The translations under genes were made by a program, and so were the position numbers. From the NCBI GenBank assembly GCA_964016885.1, contig OZ024740.1:46252001-46316000 (forward strand): a stretch of DNA of 64,000 nucleotides. The letters are read 5' to 3'. Shown piece by piece: positions 1 through 15,900 of this stretch. Source of the stretch: Eledone cirrhosa. Lineage: Eukaryota. The stretch's first letter is position 1. Each line of letters begins with the position of its first letter. The notes under the pieces are model-generated. The model searched no databases and was not told where the DNA came from. It saw only the letters and a program-made list of their open reading frames with translations.

Positions 1-3000
1 CACGAGAAGGTAATACACACATCTAGGACCACATACAACACACGAGAAGGTAATACACACATCTAGAAACATATACAACACACGAGCAGGTAATACACAC
101 ATCTAGGACCACATACAACACACGAGAAGGTAATACACACATCTAGGACCACATACAACACACGAGAAGGTAATACACACATCTAGGAAGACATACAACA
201 CACGAGTAGTTAATGCACACATCTAGGACCACATACAACACACGATAAGGTAATACACACATCTAGGACCATATACAACACACCAGAAGGTAATACACAC
301 ATTTAGGACCACATACAACAGACGAGCAGGTAATACACACATCTAGGACCACATACAACACACGATAAGGTAATACTCACATCTAAGAATACATACAACA
401 CACGAGAAGTTAATACACACATCTAGGACCATATACAACAGACGAGCAGGAAATACACACATCTAGGACCATATACAACACACGAGAAGGTAATACACAC
501 ATCTAGGACCACATACAACACACGATAAGGTAATACACACATCTAGGACCATATACAATACACGATAAGGTAATACACACATCTAAGAATACATACAACA
601 CAGGAGAAGGTAATACACACATCTAGGACCATATGCAACACACGAGAAGGTAATACACACATCAAGGACCACATACAACACACGAGAAGGTAATACACAC
701 ACCTAGGACCATATACAACACTCGAGAAGGTAATACACACATCTAGGACCACATAAAACACACGAGAAGGTAATACACACATCTAGCACCACATACAACA
801 CACGAGAAGGTAATACACACATCTAGGACTACAAACAACACACGATAAGGTAATACACACACCTATGGCCACATACAACACACGATAAGGTAATACACAC
901 ATCTAAGACCACATACAACACACGAGAAGGTAATACACACATCTAGAACCATATACAACACACGAGAAGATAATACACACATCTAGGACCACATACAACA
1001 CACGAGAAGATAATGCACACATCTAGGACCACATACAACCAACGAGAAGGTAATACACACATCTAAGACCATATACAACACACGAGAAGGTAATACACAC
1101 ATCTAGGACCATATGAAACACACGAGAAGTTAATACACACATCTAGGACCACATACAACACACGAGAAGGTAATACACACACCTATGGCCACATAGAACA
1201 CACGATAAGGTAATACACACATCTAAGACCACATACAACACACGAGAAGGTAATACACACATCTAGAACCATATACAACACACGAGAAGATAATACACAC
1301 ATCTAGGACCACATACAAAACACGAGAAGATAATACACACATCTAGGACCACATACAACACACGAGAAGGTAATACACACATCTAAGACCATATACAACA
1401 CACCAGAAGGTAATACACACATCTAGGACCACATACAACACACGAAAAGGTAATACACACATCTAAGACCACATACAACACACGAGAAGGTAATACACAC
1501 ATCTAAGACTACATACAACTTACGAGAAGGTAATACACACATCTAGGACCACATACAACACACGAGAAGGTAATACACACATCTAGGGCCACGTACAACA
1601 CACGAGAAGGTAATACACACATCTAGGACCACATACAACACACGAGAAGGTAATACACACATCTTGGACCACATACAACACACGAGAAGGTAATGCACAC
1701 ATCTAGGACCACATACAACACACGAGAAGGTAAAACACACATCTAGGACCATATACAACACACGAGAAGGTAATACACACACCTAGGACCATAGACAACA
1801 GATGAGCAGGTAATACACACATCTAGGACCATATACAACACACGATAAGGTAATACACACATCTAAGACTACATACAACACACGAGAAGGTAATACACAC
1901 ATCTAGGACCACATACAACACACGAGAAGGTAATACACACATCTAGGACCATATGCAACACACGAGAAGGTAATACACACATCTAGGACCACATACAACA
2001 CACGAGAAGGTAATACACACACCTAGGACCATATACAACACACGAGAAGGTAATACACACATCTAGGACCACATACAACACACGAGAAGGTAATACACAC
2101 ATCTAGAAACATATACAACACACGAGCACGTAATACACACATCTAGGACCACATACAACACACGAGAAGGTAATACACACATCTAGGACCACATACAATA
2201 CACGAGAAGGTAATACACACATCTAGGACCACATACAACACACGAGAAGATAATACACACATCTAGGACCACATACAACACACGACATGTTTATACACAC
2301 ATCTAGGACCACATACAACACACGATAAGGTAATACACACATCTAGGACCATATACAACACATAAGAAGGTAATACACACATCTAGGACCACATACAACA
2401 GACGAGCAGGTAATACACACATCTAGGACCACATACAACACACGAGAAGGTAATACACACATCTAAGACTACATGCAACACACGAGAAGGTAATACACAC
2501 ATCTAGGACTATATACAACACACGAGAAGGTAATACACACACCTAGGACCGCATACAACACACGAGAGGGTAATACACACATCTAGGATCACATACAACA
2601 CACGAGAAGTTAATACACACATCTAGGACCATATACAACAGACGAGCAGGTAATGCACACATCTAGGACCATATACAACACACGAGAAGGTAATACACAC
2701 ATCTAAGACTATATACAACACACGAGACGGTAATACACACATCTAGGACCATATACAACACACGAGAAGGTAATACACACATCTAGGACCATATACAACA
2801 CACGATAAAGTAATACTCACATCTAAGAATACATACAACACACGAGAAGGTAATACACACATCTAGGACCATATGCAACACACGAGAAGGTAATACACAC
2901 ATCTAGGACCACATACAACACACGAGAAGGTAATACACACATCTAGGACCACATACAACACACGAGAAGTTAATACACACATCTAGAACCATATACAACA

Positions 3001-3269
3001 CACGAGAAGATAATACACACATCTAGGACCACATACAACACACGAGAAGATAATACACACATCTAGGACCACATACAACACACGAGAAGGTAATACACAC
3101 ATCTAGGACCATATGCAACACACGAGAAGGTAATACACACATCTAGGACCACATACAACACACGAGAAGGTAATACACACACCTATGGCTACATAGAACA
3201 CACGAGAAGGTAATACACACATCTAAGACCACATACAACACACGAGAAGGTAATACACACATCGAGAAC

Positions 3270-6200
3270 CATATACAACACACGAGAAGATAATACACGC
3301 ATCTAGGACCACATACAACACACGAGAAGATAATACACACATCTAGGACCACATACAACACACGAGAAGGTAATACACACATCTAAGACCATATACAACA
3401 CACGAGAAGGTAATACACACATCTAGTACCACATACAACACACGAGAAGGTAATACACACCTCTAGGATCACATACAACACACGAGAAGGTAATACACAC
3501 ATCTAAGACCACATACAACACACGAGAAGGTAATACACACATCTAAGACTACATACAACTCACGAGAAGGTAATACACACATCTAGGACCACATACAACA
3601 CACGAGAAGGTAATACACACATCTAGGACCACATACAACACACGAGAAGGTAATACACACATCTAGGACCACATACAACACACGAGAAGGTAATACACAC
3701 ATCTTGGACAATATACAACACACGAGAAGGTAATACACACATCTAGGACCACATACAACACACGAGAAGGTAATACGCACATCTAGGACCATATACAACA
3801 CACGAGAAGGTAATACACACACCTAGGACCATATACAACAGACGAGCAGGTAATACACACATCTAGGACCATATGCAACACACGAGAAGGTAATACACAC
3901 ATCTAGGACCACATACAACACACGAGAAGGTAATACACACACCTAGGACCATATACAACACACGAGAAGGTAATACACACATCTAGGACCACATACAACA
4001 CACGAGAAGTTAATACACACATCTAGAAACATATACAACACACGAGCACGTAATACACACATCTAGGACCACATACAACACACGAGAAGGTAATACACAC
4101 ATCTAGGACCACATACAATACACGAGAAGGTAATACACACATCTAGGACCACATACAACACACGAGAAGATAATACACACATCTAGGACCACATACAACA
4201 CACGAGAAGTTTATACACACATCTAGGACCACATACAACACACGATAAGGTTATACACACATCTAGGACCATATACAACACATAATAAGGTAATACACAC
4301 ATCTAGGACCACATACAACAGACGAGCAGGTAATACACACATCTAGGACCACATACAACACACGAGAAGGTAATACACACATCTAAGACTACATGCAACA
4401 CACGAGAAGGTAATACACACATCTAGGACCATATACAACACACGAGAAGGTAATACACACACCTAGGACCGCATACAACAGACGATAAGGTAATACACAC
4501 ATCTAGGACCACATACAACACACGAGAAGGTAATTCACACATCTAGGACCATATACAACAGACGAGCAGGTAATACACACATCTAGGACCATATACAACA
4601 CACGAGAAGGTAATACACACATCTAGGACCACATACAACACACGATAAGGTAATACACACATCTAGGACCATATGCAACACACGAGAAGGTAATACACAC
4701 ATCTAGGACCACATACAACACACGAGAAGGTAATTCACACATCTAGGACCATATACAACAGACGAGCAGGTAATACACACATCTAGGACCATATACAATA
4801 CACGATAAGGTAATACACACATCTAAGTATACATACAACACACGAGAAGGTAATACACACATCTAGGACCATATACAACACACAAGAAGGTAATACACAC
4901 ACCTAGGACCGCATACAACACACGAGAAGGTAATACACACATCTAAGACCACATACAACACACGAGAAGGTAATACACACATCTAGAACCATATACAACA
5001 CACGAGAAGATAATACACACATCTAGGACCACATACAACACACGAGAAGATAATACACACATCTAGGTCCACATACAACACACGATAAGGTAATACACAC
5101 ATTCTAGGACCACATACAACACACGAGAAGGTAATACACACATCTAGGACTACAAACAACACACGAGAATGTAATACACACACCTATGGCCACATACAAC
5201 ACACGAGAAGGTAATACACACATCTAGGACCACATACAACACACGAGAAGGTAATACACACATCTAGAACCATATACAACACACGAGAAGGGGGAATACA
5301 CGCATCTAAGACCACATACAACACACGAGAATGTAATACACACATCTAGAACCATATACAACACACGAGAAGATAATACACACATCTTGGACCACATACA
5401 ACACACGAGAAGGTAATACACACATCTAGGACCACATACAACACACGAGAAGGTAATACACACATCTAAGACGACATACAACACACGAGAAGGTAATACA
5501 CACATCTAGGACCATATGCAACACACGAGAAGGTAATACACACATCTAGGACCACATACAACACACGAGAAGGTAATACACACACCTAGGACCGTATACA
5601 ACACACGAGAAGGTAATACACACATCTAGGACCACATACAACACACGAGAAGGTAATACACACATCTAGAATCATATACAACACACGAGCAGGTAATACA
5701 CACATCTAGGACCACATAAAACACACGAGAAGGTAATACACACATCTAGGACTACATACAACACACGAGAAGGTAATACACACATCTAGGACCACATACA
5801 ACACACTAGAAGGTAATACACACATCTAAGAATACATACAACTCACGACAAGGTAATACACACATCTAGGACCATATACAACACACAAGAAGGTAATACA
5901 CACACCTAGGACCGCATACAACACATGAGAAGGTAATACACACATCTAGAACCATATACAACACACGAGAAGGGAATAGACACATCTAAGACCACATACA
6001 ACACACGAGAAGGTAATACACACATCTAGAACCATATACAACACACGAGAAGATAATACACGCATCTAGGACCACATACAACACACGAGAAGATAATACA
6101 CACATCTAGGACCACATACAACACACGAGAAGGTAATACACACATCTAAGACCATATACAACACACGAGAAGGTAATACACACATCTAGGACCACATACA

Positions 6201-8820
6201 ACACACGAGAAGGTAATACACACCTCTAGGATCACATACAACACACGAGAAGGTAATACACACATCTAAGACCACATACAACACACGAGAAGGTAATACA
6301 CACATCTAAGACTACATACAACTCACGAGAAGGTAATACACACATCTAGGACCACATACAACACACGCGAAGGTAATACACACATCTAGGACCACATACA
6401 ACACACGAGAAGGTAATACACACATCTAGGACCACATACAACACACGAGAAGGTAATACACACATCTTGGACAATATACAACACACGAGAAGGTAATACA
6501 CACATCTAGGACCACATACAACACACGAGAAGGTAATACGCACATCTAGGACCATATACAACACACGAGAAGGTAATACACACACCTAGGACCATATACA
6601 ACAGACGAGCAGGTAATACACACATCTAGGACCATATGCAACACACGAGAAGGTAATACACACATCTAGGACCACATACAACACACGAGAAGGTAATACA
6701 CACACCTAGGACCATATACAACACACGAGAAGGTAATACACACATCTAGGACCACATACAACACACGAGAAGTTAATACACACATCTAGAAACATATACA
6801 ACACACGAGCACGTAATACACACATCTAGGACCACATACAACACACGAGAAGGTAATACACACATCTAGGACCACATACAATACACGAGAAGGTAATACA
6901 CACATCTAGGACCACATACAACACACGAGAAGATAATACACACATCTAGGACCACATACAACACACGAGAAGTTTATACACACATCTAGGACCACATACA
7001 ACACACGATAAGGTTATACACACATCTAGGACCATATACAACACATAATAAGGTAATACACACATCTAGGACCACATACAACAGACGAGCAGGTAATACA
7101 CACATCTAGGACCACATACAACACACGAGAAGGTAATACACACATCTAAGACTACATGCAACACACGAGAAGGTAATACACACATCTAGGACCATATACA
7201 ACACACGAGAAGGTAATACACACACCTAGGACCGCATACAACAGACGATAAGGTAATACACACATCTAGGACCACATACAACACACGAGAAGGTAATTCA
7301 CACATCTAGGACCATATACAACAGACGAGCAGGTAATACACACATCTAGGACCATATACAACACACGAGAAGGTAATACACACATCTAGGACCACATACA
7401 ACACACGATAAGGTAATACACACATCTAGGACCATATGCAACACACGAGAAGGTAATACACACATCTAGGACCACATACAACACACGAGAAGGTAATTCA
7501 CACATCTAGGACCATATACAACAGACGAGCAGGTAATACACACATCTAGGACCATATACAATACACGATAAGGTAATACACACATCTAAGTATACATACA
7601 ACACACGAGAAGGTAATACACACATCTAGGACCATATACAACACACAAGAAGGTAATACACACACCTAGGACCGCATACAACACACGAGAAGGTAATACA
7701 CACATCTAAGACCACATACAACACACGAGAAGGTAATACACACATCTAGAACCATATACAACACACGAGAAGATAATACACACATCTAGGACCACATACA
7801 ACACACGAGAAGATAATACACACATCTAGGTCCACATACAACACACGATAAGGTAATACACACATTCTAGGACCACATACAACACACGAGAAGGTAATAC
7901 ACACATCTAGGACTACAAACAACACACGAGAATGTAATACACACACCTATGGCCACATACAACACACGAGAAGGTAATACACACATCTAGGACCACATAC
8001 AACACACGAGAAGGTAATACACACATCTAGAACCATATACAACACACGAGAAGGGGGAATACACACATCTAAGACCACATACAACACACGAGAATGTAAT
8101 ACACACATCTAGAACCATATACAACACACGAGAAGATAATACACACATCTTGGACCACATACAACACACGAGAAGGTAATACACACATCTAGGACCACAT
8201 ACAACACACGAGAAGGTAATACACACATCTAAGACGACATACAACACACGAGAAGGTAATACACACATCTAGGACCATATGCAACACACGAGAAGGTAAT
8301 ACACACATCTAGGACCACATACAACACACGAGAAGGTAATACACACACCTAGGACCATATACAACACACGAGAAGGTAATACACACATCTAGGACCACAT
8401 ACAACACACGAGAAGGTAATACACACATCTAGAATCATATACAACACACGAGCAGGTAATACACACATCTAGGACCACATAAAACACACGAGAAGGTAAT
8501 ACACACATCTAGGACTACATACAACACACGAGAAGGTAATACACACATCTAGGACCACATACAACACACTAGAAGGTAATACACACATCTAAGAATACAT
8601 ACAACTCACGACAAGGTAATACACACATCTAGGACCATATACAACACACAAGAAGGTAATACACACACCTAGGACCGCATACAACACATGAGAAGGTAAT
8701 ACACACATCTAGAACCATATACAACACACGAGAAGGGAATAGACACATCTAAGACCACATACAACACACGAGAAGGTAATACACACATCTAGAACCATAT
8801 ACAACACACGAGAAGATAAT
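3270..8820. repeat. Near-perfect tandem block duplication, unit 2763 bp (69 monomers + 3 bp)
   Basis: ORF-track pairs 3583/6346, 4983/7746 and 5224/7987 are all offset by 2763. Shared rare variants: cgcatc 3298/6061, attctagg 5101/7864, ggggg 5290/8053. Boundaries are approximate. Confidence 0.9.
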
Positions 8821-9419
8821 ACACACATCTTGGACCACATACAACATACGAGAAGGTAATACACACATCTAAGACCATATACAACACACGAGAAGGTAAT
8901 ACACACATCTAGGACCACATACAACACACGAGAAGGTAATACACACATCTAGGATCACATACAACACACGAGAAGGTAATACACACATCTAAGACCACAT
9001 ACAACACACGAGAAGGTAATACACACATCTAAGACTACATACAACTCACGAGAAGGTAATACACACATCTAGGACCACATACAACACACGAGAAGGTAAT
9101 ACACACATCTAGGACCACATACAACACACGAGAAGGTAATACACACATCTAGGACCAAATACAACACACGAGAAGATAATACACACATCTAGGACCACAT
9201 ACAACACACGAGAAGTTTATACACACATCTAGGACCACATACAACACACGATAAGGTAATACACACATCTAGGACCATATACAACACATAAGAATGTAAT
9301 ACACACATCTAGGACCACATACAACAGACGAGCAGGTAATACACACATCTAGGACTACATACAACACACGAGAAGGTAATACACACCTCTAAGACTACAT
9401 GCAACACACGAGAAGGTAA

Positions 9420-12400
9420 TACACACATCTAGGACCATATACAACACACGAGAAGGTAATACACACACCTAGGACCGCATACAACACACGAGAGGGTAAT
9501 ACACACATCTAGGACCACATACAACACACGAGAAGTTAATACACACATCTAGGACCATATACAACAGACGAGCAGGTAATACACACATCTAGGACCATAT
9601 ACAACACACGAGAAGGTAATACATACATCTAAGACTACATACAACACACGAGAAGGTAATACACACATCTAGGACCACATACAACACACGAGAAGATAAT
9701 ACACACATCTAGTACCATATACAACACACGAGAAGGTAATACACACATCTTGGACAATATACAACACACGAGAAGGTAATACACACATCTAGGACCATAT
9801 GCAACACACGAGAAGGTAATACACACATCTAGGACCAGATACAACACACGAGAAGGTAATACACACATCTAGGACCATATACAACAGACGAGCAGGTAAT
9901 ACTCACATCTAGGACCATATACAACACACGAGAAGGTAATACACACATCTAGGACCACATACAACACACGATAAGGTAATACACACATCTAGGACCATAT
10001 ACAATACACGATAAGGTAATACACACATCTAAGAATACATACAACACACGAGAAGGTAATACACACATCTAGGACCATATATAACACACAAGAAGGTAAT
10101 ACACACATCTAGGACCGCATACAACACACGAGAAGGTAATACACACATCTAAGACCACATACAACACACGATAAGGTAATACACACATCTAGAACCATAT
10201 ACAACACACGAGAAGATAATACACACATCTAGGACCACATACAACACACGAGAAGATAATACACACATCTAGGACCACATACAACACACGAGAAGGTAAT
10301 ACACACATCTAAGACCATATACAACACACGAGAAGGTAATACACACATCTAGGACCACATACAACACACGATAAGGTAATACACACATTCTAGGACCACA
10401 TACAACACACGAGAAGGTAATACACACATCTAGGACTACAAACAACACACGAGAAGGTAATACACACACCTATGGCCACATAGAACACACGAGAAGTTAA
10501 TACACACATCTAGGACCACATACAACACACGGTAAGGTAATACACACATCTAGAACCATATACAACACACGAGAAGGGGGAATACACACATCTAAGACCA
10601 CATACAACACACGAGAATGTAATACACACATCTAGAACCATATACAAATCACGAGAAGATAATACACACATCTTGGACCACATACAACACACGAGAAGGT
10701 AATACACACATCTAGGACCACATACAACACACGATAAGGTAATACACACATCTAAGACGACATACAACACACGAGAATGTAATACACACATCTAGGACCA
10801 TATGCAACACACGAGAAGGTAATACACACATCTAGGACCACATACAACACACGAGAAGGTAATACACACATCTAGGACCACATACAACACACGAGAAGGT
10901 AATACACACATCTAGAATCATATACAACACACGAGCAGGTAATACACACATCTAGGACCACATACAACACACGAGAAGGTAATACACACATCTAGGACCA
11001 CATACAACACACGAGAACGTAATACACACATCTAGGACCATATACAATACACGAGAAGGTAATACACACATCTAGGACCATATGCAACACACGAGAAGAT
11101 AATACACACATCTAGGACCACATACAACACACGAGAAGGTAATACACACACCTATGGCCACCTAGAACACACGAGAAGGTAATACACACATCTAAGACCA
11201 CATACAACACACGAGAAGGTAATACACACATCTAGGACCACATACAACACACGAGAAGGTAATACACACATCTAAGACAACATACAACACACGAGAAGGT
11301 AATACACACATCTAAGACTACATACAACTCACGAGAAGGTAATACACACATCTAGGACCATATACAACACACGAGAAGGTAATACACACACCTAGGACCG
11401 CATACAACACACGAGAGGGTAATACACACATCTAGGACCACATACAACACACGAGAAGTTAATACACACATCTAGGACCATATACAACAGACGAGCAGGT
11501 AATACACACATCTAGGACCATATACAACACACGAGAAGGTAATACATACATCTAAGACTACATACAACACACGAGAAGGTAATACACACATCTAGGACCA
11601 CATACAACACACGAGAAGGTAATACACACATCTAGTACCATATACAACACACGAGAAGGTAATACACACATCTTGGACAATATACAACACACGAGAAGGT
11701 AATACACACATCTAGGACCATATGCAACACACGAGAAGGTAATACACACATCTAGGACCAGATACAACACACGAGAAGGTAATACACACATCTAGGACCA
11801 TATACAACAGACGAGCAGGTAATACTCACATCTAGGACCATATACAACACACGAGAAGGTAATACACACATCTAGGACCACATACAACACACGATAAGGT
11901 AATACACACATCTAGGACCATATACAATACACGATAAGGTAATACACACATCTAAGAATACATACAACACACGAGAAGGTAATACACACATCTAGGACCA
12001 TATATAACACACAAGAAGGTAATACACACATCTAGGACCGCATACAACACACGAGAAGGTAATACACACATCTAAGACCACATACAACACACGATAAGGT
12101 AATACACACATCTAGAACCATATACAACACACGAGAAGATAATACACACATCTAGGACCACATACAACACACGAGAAGATAATACACACATCTAGGACCA
12201 CATACAACACACGAGAAGGTAATACACACATCTAAGACCATATACAACACACGAGAAGGTAATACACACATCTAGGACCACATACAACACACGATAAGGT
12301 AATACACACATTCTAGGACCACATACAACACACGAGAAGGTAATACACACATCTAGGACTACAAACAACACACGAGAAGGTAATACACACACCTATGGCC

Positions 12401-12920
12401 ACATAGAACACACGAGAAGTTAATACACACATCTAGGACCACATACAACACACGGTAAGGTAATACACACATCTAGAACCATATACAACACACGAGAAGG
12501 GGGAATACACACATCTAAGACCACATACAACACACGAGAATGTAATACACACATCTAGAACCATATACAATACACGAGAAGATAATACACACATCTTGGA
12601 CCACATACAACACACGAGAAGGTAATACACACATCTAGGACCACATACAACACACGATAAGGTAATACACACATCTAAGACGACATACAACACACGAGAA
12701 TGTAATACACACATCTAGGACCATATGCAACACACGAGAAGGTAATACACACATCTAGGACCACATACAACACACGAGAAGGTAATACACACATCTAGGA
12801 CCACATACAACACACGAGAAGGTAATACACACATCTAGAATCATATACAACACACGAGCAGGTAATACACACATCTAGAACCACATACAACACACGAGAA
12901 GGTAATACACACATCTAGGA
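9420..12920. repeat. Block duplication, offset 1923 bp (48 monomers + 3 bp)
   Basis: ORF pairs 9635/11558, 10269/12192 and 10510/12433. Both copies share the rare variants acatacatct, tagtacc, ggaccagat, tatataac and cacggtaagg. Confidence 0.88.
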
Positions 12921-15900
12921 CCACATACAACACACGAGAAGGTAATACACACATCTAGGACCACATACAACACACGAGAAGGTTATACACACATCTAAAA
13001 CCATATACAACACACGAGAAGATAATACACACATCTAGGACCACATACAACACACGAGCAGATAATACACACATCTAGGACCACATACAACACACGAGAA
13101 GGTAATACACACATCTAAGACCATATACAACACACGAGAACGTAATACACACATCTAGGACCATATACAATACACGAGAAGGTAATACACACATCTAGGA
13201 CCATATGCAACACACGAGAAGATAATACACACATCTAGGACCACATACAACACACGAGAAGGTAATACACACACCTATGGCCACCTAGAACACACGAGAA
13301 GGTAATACACACATCTAAGACCACATACAACACACGAGAAGGTAATACACACATCTAGGACCACATACAACACACGAGAAGGTAATACACACATCTAAGA
13401 CAACATACAACACACGAGAAGGTAATACACACATCTAAGACTACATACAACTCACGAGAAGGTAATACACACATCTAGGACCACATACAACACACGAGAA
13501 GGTAATACACACATCTAGGACCACATACAACACACGAGAAGGTAATACACACATCTAGGACCACATACAACACACGAGAAGGTAATACACACATCTTGGA
13601 CCACATACAACACACGAGAAGGTAATACACACATCTAGGATCACATACAACACACGAGAAGGTAATACACACATCTAAGACCACATACAACACACGAGAA
13701 GGTAATACACACATCTAAGACTACATACAACTCACGAGAAGGTAATACACACATCTATGACCACATACAAAACACGAGAAGGTAATACACACATCTAGGA
13801 CCACATACAACACACGAGAAGGTAATACACGCATCTAGGACCACATACAACACACGAGAAGGTAATACACACATCTTGGACGACATACAACACACGAGAA
13901 GGTAATACACACATCTAGGACCACATACAACACACGAGAAGGTAATACACACATCTAGGACCATATACAACACACGAGAAGGTAATACACACACCTAGGA
14001 CCATATACAACAGACGAGCAGGTAATACACACATCTAGGACCATATACAACACTCGATAAGGTAATACACACATCTAAGACTACATACAACACACGAGAA
14101 GGTAATACACACATCTAGGACCATATGCAACACACGAGAAGGTAATACACACATCTAGGACCACATACAACACACGAGAAGGTAATACACACACCTAGGA
14201 CCATATACAACACACGAGAAGGTAATACACACATCTAGGACCACATACAACACACGAGAAGGTAATACACACATCTAGGACCACATACAATACACGAGAA
14301 GGTAATACACACATCTAGTACCACATACAACACACGAGAATATAATACACACATCTAGGACCACATACAACACACGAGAAGTTAATACACACATCTAGGA
14401 CCACATACAACACACGATAAGGTAATACACACATCTAGGACCATATACAACACACAAGAAGGTAATACACACATCTAGGACCACATACAACAGACGAGCA
14501 GGTAATACACACATCTAGGACCACATACAACACACGAGAAGGTAATACACACATCTAAGACTACATGCAACACACGAGAAGGTAATACACACATCTAGGA
14601 CCATATACAACACACAAGAAGGTAATACACACATCTAGGACCACATACAACAGACGAGCAGGTAATACACACATCTAGGACCACATACAACACATGAGAA
14701 GGTAATACACACATCTAGGACTACAAACAACACACGAGAATGTAATACACACACCTATGGCCACATACAACACACGAGAAGGTAATACACACATCTAGGA
14801 CCACATACAACACACGAGAAGGTAATACACACATCTAGAACCATATACAACACACGAGAAGGGGGAATACACACATCTAAGACCACATACAACACACGAG
14901 AATGTAATACACACATCTAGAACCATATACAACACACGAGAAGATAATACACACATCTTGGACCACATACAACACACGAGAAGGTAATACACACATCTAG
15001 GACCACATACAACACACGAGAAGGTAATACACACATCTAAGACGACATACAACACACGAGAAGGTAATACACACATCTAGGACCATATGCAACACACGAG
15101 AAGGTAATACACACATCTAGGACCACATACAACACACGAGAAGGTAATACACACACCTAGGACCATATACAACACACGAGAAGGTAATACACACATCTAG
15201 GACCACATACAACACACGAGAAGGTAATACACACATCTAGAATCATATACAACACACGAGCAGGTAATACACACATCTAGGACCACATAAAACACACGAG
15301 AAGGTAATACACACATCTAGGACTACATACAACACACGAGAAGGTAATACACACATCTAGGACCACATACAACACACGAGAAGGTAATACACACATCTAA
15401 GAATACATACAACTCACGACAAGGTAATACACACATCTAGGACCATATACAACACACAAGAAGGTAATACACACACCTAGGACCGCATACAACACATGAG
15501 AAGGTAATACACACATCTAGAACCATATACAACACACGAGAAGGGAATAGACACATCTAAGACCACATACAACACACGAGAAGGTAATACACACATCTAG
15601 GATCACATACAACACACGAGAAGGTAATACACACATCTAAGACCACATACAACACACGAGAAGGTAATACACACATCTAAGACTACATACAACTCACGAG
15701 AAGGTAATAGACACATCTAGGACCACATACAACACACGAGAACGTAATACACACATCTAGGACCACATACAACACACGAGAAGATAATACACACATCTAG
15801 GACCACATACAACACACGAGAAGTTTATACACACATCTAGGACCACATACAACACACGATAAGGTAATACACACATCTAGGACCATATACAACACATAAG

